The notes beneath the pieces were generated by a model that saw nothing but the letters and a program-made list of their open reading frames with translations, did not search any database and was not told the DNA's origin. 38,713 nt of DNA from Chthoniobacteraceae bacterium (GTDB taxonomy: Bacteria > Verrucomicrobiota > Verrucomicrobiia > Chthoniobacterales > Chthoniobacteraceae). This document shows positions 34,852 through 38,713 of this stretch, piece after piece. Within the stretch, counting starts at the first letter, position 1, and the number at the start of each line of letters is the position of its first letter. Where the stretch lies: assembly GCA_031409655.1 (NCBI GenBank), contig JANNXQ010000230.1, positions 1 through 38,713 on the forward strand. The letters are read 5' to 3'. A program made the position numbers and the translations under genes.

Positions 34852-37304
34852 TCCTGCGCTCGCTGCGGCTCTGGAACATCAAGTCGTATGGCGAAGGCGC
34901 GGACGGCTCTGGCGTCACCGTGACCTTCGCCCCCGGCATCAACCGCATCGCGGGCCGCAATGGCCACGGCAAGACCACGCTCATCGAGGCGCTCGGTTAC
35001 GCGCTCTTTCTCACGAAGCCGGTCTTCGAGGAAAATTTCGACTCCGCGACCTACCTCTTGCGCGGGGGGAAGAAGGCCGGAGAGATCGACGTCACTTTCG
35101 AACACGAGGGCGAGGACTACCGCCTGGAGCGCGGCCTCGGCGGGCAGAATCGCCGCCGCGCGAAAGTGGTCCAGCTCAGCGACGGGAGCATCGCCGCGGA
35201 GAACGATGACGGCGTGGCGGCATTCCTCTGCCGGCTCTTCGGCGTGGCGGAAGCCGCGCGGCTCGCGGAACTTTTTGCGAAGCTCATCGGAGTGAAACAG
35301 GGCCGGCTCACCTGGCCCTTTGACTCCAAGGCGGCCGAGGCCCGCCGCCATTTCGAGCCGCTGCTCGACGTGGAGATTTTCCGGCAATGCTTCGATCGCC
35401 TAAAGCCGGTGGTGGATGAATTTGAAGAGCTGCGACGCGGTGAGGAGATGAAGCTGGCGACGCTCGACGAGCGCATCCGCGAGCGCGCCGACAGCGCGGC
35501 GAAGGTGGAATCCGTGACGGCCCAGGTGACGGCGCTCGACAGAAAGGCGCAGGCCGCTCAGGAGCAAAAAGCGCGGGCCGCCGCACTCGTCGCAGCGCAG
35601 GAGACGAAGGAGAAAGCGCATCGCGAGGCGGAGCGCGTGCGGACCGAGTCCGTCGGCCGGCGGGATCTCGCGAAGCATCGCCACGAGACCGCTGCGCAGC
35701 GGATGCGCGAATCACGCGAAGCCGTGGAGGCGGTGCTGAAAGCAAAGCCCGCGCACGATGCTTATGCCGCGGCGGACGAAGCGGCGAAGGCGCTCCAGCA
35801 GCGGCAGGAGCAGCGCGCCAAAGGCCGCGAGGAAGTCGCCGCCCGGCAGCGGACGCACGCGCAACTCGAAGAGCAAGCCGCCGCCGCGAAACGCCGCGCC
35901 GCCGAACTCCGGGAGGACGCGAAGAAAAAAACGGCGGAGATCGGAAAGCGGCGGGAGCAACTCGCGAAAGAGACGGCGGCCTGCGCGGGAGATCGCGCTC
36001 TGGAACTGGAAGCCGAGGCCGCGAAGTATCTCGAAGGCAGGGCGGCGAAGCTCACGGAAACGGAGCAACAACGGAAGACTCTCGCCGCCCAGATGGAGCA
36101 GATCGCCGGCGGGGTGTGTCCGTTCCTGAAGGAGACTTGCCGCCAGTTTGACGCCGCCAAAGTGCAGGCCGACCTCACCACTTTTGACGACGCACTACCG
36201 CCGCTCCGCCGCGAACTCGAAGCGGCCCGCACAGCGCACAAGAACAGCCAGACCGCTGTGCGGGTGCTGACGACGCGGCGGGCGCAGCTGGACGTGGAGA
36301 CGAAGGCGATCGCGGCGCTGGCGGGAGAGATTGCGCAACTCGGTGAACGGGCGGCGCGCGAGCTGATCGTCGTGGAGGAGCGGGCGAAAAGCGGGGCCGC
36401 CGCCAAGGTGGAGATCGAGCTGCGACAAGCGGCGGTGGCGGCATTCGGCGACCTCGACGCGGAGTCGCGCCGCCTCCAGCAGACCAAGGATGCGAATAGC
36501 ACCAGGCATCGCACTTTCCTCGCCGAGAAGGCGAAAGCGGACGACCTCGCGCCGCGCGAACAGACGCTGACGGAAGCGAAGTCGGCGCTCGAGGCGCAGG
36601 AGAAAGCAGTCGGCGCAGCGGACGCGGCGCTGGTGACGGCGCGGGAGGGCTTCGACGCCGCGGCGGTGGCCGCCGCGCGCCGGGAGCTGGAGGAAGCCAC
36701 CGCTGCCGCCGCAACGTGCCTCGCGCAAGCCGCCGCCGCCAAAGCCGAGCTGGCCCGCGAGCGGCAGCGCCTCCAGGAATACGAAGCCGCGGTGAAAACC
36801 CGGGGCACGCACGAATGCGAGATCGGCCATCTGCGCGCCGCGCTCGAACTCACCCACAAAGCGCGCACTCTTCTCCCCAAAGCCGCGCCGCACGTCGCCC
36901 AGCACATCTGCCGCCGCATCGCCAGCCGCGCGCAGCAGCTCTTTAATCAGATCAACCACGACCCGGTGGAACTCGAGTGGGACGCGAAGGCGTACAGCCT
37001 GCGCGTGCAGCCCGGCGATCGCCGCTTTGCGATGCTCTCCGGTGGCGAGCAGACCAAGCTCGCGCTGGCCATGACGCTGACGATGATCGAGGACTTCAGC
37101 CGCTTGAAATTCTGCGTCTTCGACGAGCCGACTTATGGCGTGGATGCCGACAGCCGCGAAAAACTCGCCGCCGCGATCGTGGAAGCCCAAGCGGCGGCGG
37201 GCCTCGATCAGCTCCTGCTCGTCTCGCATGACGATGCCTTTGACGGGAAAATCGAGCACGTCGTGCTGCTCCAGAAAACCGCCGCGGGCACGCAGGTCGG
37301 GTGA
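34848..37304 (+). CDS. sbcC: SbcC/Rad50 SMC-family ATPase
   Basis: GRNGHGKTT, Q-loop VKQG, long coiled coil with central CPFLKETC, LSGGEQ, VFDEPT, VSHD; GTGA overlap with sbcD. Confidence 0.9.
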   Translation: MILRSLRLWNIKSYGEGADGSGVTVTFAPGINRIAGRNGHGKTTLIEALGYALFLTKPVFEENFDSATYLLRGGKKAGEIDVTFEHEGEDYRLERGLGGQNRRRAKVVQLSDGSIAAENDDGVAAFLCRLFGVAEAARLAELFAKLIGVKQGRLTWPFDSKAAEARRHFEPLLDVEIFRQCFDRLKPVVDEFEELRRGEEMKLATLDERIRERADSAAKVESVTAQVTALDRKAQAAQEQKARAAALVAAQETKEKAHREAERVRTESVGRRDLAKHRHETAAQRMRESREAVEAVLKAKPAHDAYAAADEAAKALQQRQEQRAKGREEVAARQRTHAQLEEQAAAAKRRAAELREDAKKKTAEIGKRREQLAKETAACAGDRALELEAEAAKYLEGRAAKLTETEQQRKTLAAQMEQIAGGVCPFLKETCRQFDAAKVQADLTTFDDALPPLRRELEAARTAHKNSQTAVRVLTTRRAQLDVETKAIAALAGEIAQLGERAARELIVVEERAKSGAAAKVEIELRQAAVAAFGDLDAESRRLQQTKDANSTRHRTFLAEKAKADDLAPREQTLTEAKSALEAQEKAVGAADAALVTAREGFDAAAVAAARRELEEATAAAATCLAQAAAAKAELARERQRLQEYEAAVKTRGTHECEIGHLRAALELTHKARTLLPKAAPHVAQHICRRIASRAQQLFNQINHDPVELEWDAKAYSLRVQPGDRRFAMLSGGEQTKLALAMTLTMIEDFSRLKFCVFDEPTYGVDADSREKLAAAIVEAQAAAGLDQLLLVSHDDAFDGKIEHVVLLQKTAAGTQVG

Positions 37305-37326
37305 ACTTGGATGCGGGGATGGGGCG

Positions 37327-37458
37327 ACCACCGATTTCACCGATGACACAGATGGCGAGAGATGGATGCGTCGCAGAGTCATCGGTGTACCGGCGGGAAT
37401 CGGATGATGCGGGCCACACCATCCTTCTTTGATCTGTGCCATCTGTGTCATCTGTGGT
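37327..37458. repeat. Intergenic inverted repeat built from 9-bp (G)ACACAGAT-type units
   Basis: ACCACCGATTTCACCGATGACACAGAT (37327-37353) versus ATCTGTGCCATCTGTGTCATCTGTGGT (37432-37458). Confidence 0.75.
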
Positions 37459-37495
37459 TCCAACTCCCATCCCAGTGCCCGCTGACCCTGCCCCA

Positions 37496-38713
37496 ATGAC
37501 GACGAAGCGAATCGCCGGTGGAATTCTCGTCGCCACGATTTTCGCCGCGCTGGCCTTCGGGCTCTTTACGCGGCACGCGGACTTTGCCTTTTTCTATCAC
37601 TCGGATGAGTCGGCGAAAGTAGAGCAGGTCATGGCTCGGAAGTACAATTTTCACCACCCGATGCTCCTGCTCACGGCGACGGAACTCTGGCTCGGCGATG
37701 CGGCGCGCACGGCCGACGCGCAGCACACGGTGGAGGCCGGGCGGCGGGTCTCGGCCGTGTTTTCGGCGCTGGCGGTCGGGGTGCTGGTGCTGCTCGCGTT
37801 GGTGCGTTCCGGCTGGCTCGCGGCGACGACGACGGGCCTGCTCCTGGCGGGGCATCAGCAGCTGTTCGAGCTGGCCCACTACATGAAGGAAGACCCCGCG
37901 CTGCTCCTCGGCATCGCACTCACTTTCCTCGCGCTCGCCTTCTATCAGCGACGGCCGCACTGGCTGCTCGCGCTTTGCTGCGGGGCCGCGTGTGGGGTGG
38001 CGGTCTCCGGAAAATATCTCGGCGCCGTATCGCTGGCCTGTGCGGTGCCGGTGATCTGGCGCGCGGGAAGATCGCGCGGGCCGCACCTCGCTCTGCTGGC
38101 TGTGGGCGCGGTCGCGGTTTTTGCGTTGGTGAATGTGCCGCTGCTCCACGATCTCGGGGCGTTTCGGGCGTCGTTCGATCGCGAGATGGGCCTGGTGGTC
38201 GAGGGCTCGAAAGGCGTGAGCCGCCGGGTGCCGCACGCCATTTACCTGAACATCTTCGCCGACAACACGACACCGGCGGTGTGGCTGCTACTCGGCGTTT
38301 TCTACTGGAGCTTCTGGCGGCGACGGCGCGAGCAGGACACGCTCGGGTGGGTCATCGCGCTCTTCCCGCTGGTGCTCACGGTGGTCTTTTCCTTTTCGCC
38401 GAAGACGAATGACCGCTATTATCTCCCGCTCACCGCGACTTTCTACTATCTCGCCGCGCTCGGGCTCCGCGATCTCGCCGCACTGGTGCCGCCCGCGCGA
38501 TCGACGCTCACGGTGGTGGCGGCGCTGGTCTTGGCGCTCAGTCTGGAGGTGCCGAAATCATGGGCCGTGGTGCAGGCCTTTCAGCACGACGATCGGCGGG
38601 AACTGGCGGAGTTCATCCAGGCGAATTTACCGGCGGACGCGAAGATCGTGCAGGACGAGCGGGTGATGCTGCCGAGCCCGCGCAATCGCAAACGCGGCCG
38701 GGTGATCCTCGAT
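37496..38713 (+). CDS. GT-C fold membrane glycosyltransferase (ArnT/PMT-like), runs off window
   Basis: Not in the ORF track because it has no stop in the window. MTTKRIAGGILVATIFAALAFGLFTRHADFAFFYHSDESAKV...NFHHPMLL...AHYMKEDP...SGKYLG; TM-rich, with the HxDE motif after TM1. Confidence 0.75.
   Translation, partial: MTTKRIAGGILVATIFAALAFGLFTRHADFAFFYHSDESAKVEQVMARKYNFHHPMLLLTATELWLGDAARTADAQHTVEAGRRVSAVFSALAVGVLVLLALVRSGWLAATTTGLLLAGHQQLFELAHYMKEDPALLLGIALTFLALAFYQRRPHWLLALCCGAACGVAVSGKYLGAVSLACAVPVIWRAGRSRGPHLALLAVGAVAVFALVNVPLLHDLGAFRASFDREMGLVVEGSKGVSRRVPHAIYLNIFADNTTPAVWLLLGVFYWSFWRRRREQDTLGWVIALFPLVLTVVFSFSPKTNDRYYLPLTATFYYLAALGLRDLAALVPPARSTLTVVAALVLALSLEVPKSWAVVQAFQHDDRRELAEFIQANLPADAKIVQDERVMLPSPRNRKRGRVILD

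Noticed and set aside
34848..37304. SMC-like ATPase as the missing DndD
   Set aside because: It is coupled to an Mre11/SbcD nuclease, has DEPT rather than the DndD-type DTPLG motif, and lies ~30 kb away; it is SbcC.

Overview
High-GC bacterial window, probably Verrucomicrobiota (Chthoniobacterales-like). The taxon is inferred from the 'E-x-L-E-x-R-I-A-P-A' export leaders, a verrucomicrobial-type C-terminal domain and the repeat families. Five blocks: (1) 1-1294, a toxin-antitoxin cluster (UPF0175, truncated PIN, RHH, DUF433/DUF5615). (2) 1404-8341, an atypical DNA-phosphorothioation (dnd) locus read on the minus strand as dndC, SBD-HNH nuclease, CoiA-like nuclease, C-terminal dndD remnant, DndE::HerA-like ATPase fusion, small ORF, GIY-YIG, DGQHR/DndB-like. 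(3) 8463-17202, envelope/housekeeping genes (tesA-ybbA-ybbP-like, AsmA-like, fused ABC transporter, EEP). (4) 17195-33500, a tri-domain Asp/Asn beta-hydroxylase + sulfotransferase + TIGR03032 enzyme divergent from a tandem array of five intact and one pseudogenised Pmp-like beta-helix proteins with PVC-type leaders, followed by a multidomain NHL/HYR surface protein. (5) 33556-38713, sbcD-sbcC and a partial GT-C glycosyltransferase. Several REP-like palindromes are present, one in frame inside a gene, and several genes have leaderless-type promoters. No rRNA, tRNA, CRISPR array, integrase or transposase was seen. All family calls come from motif recognition by eye, not database searches.
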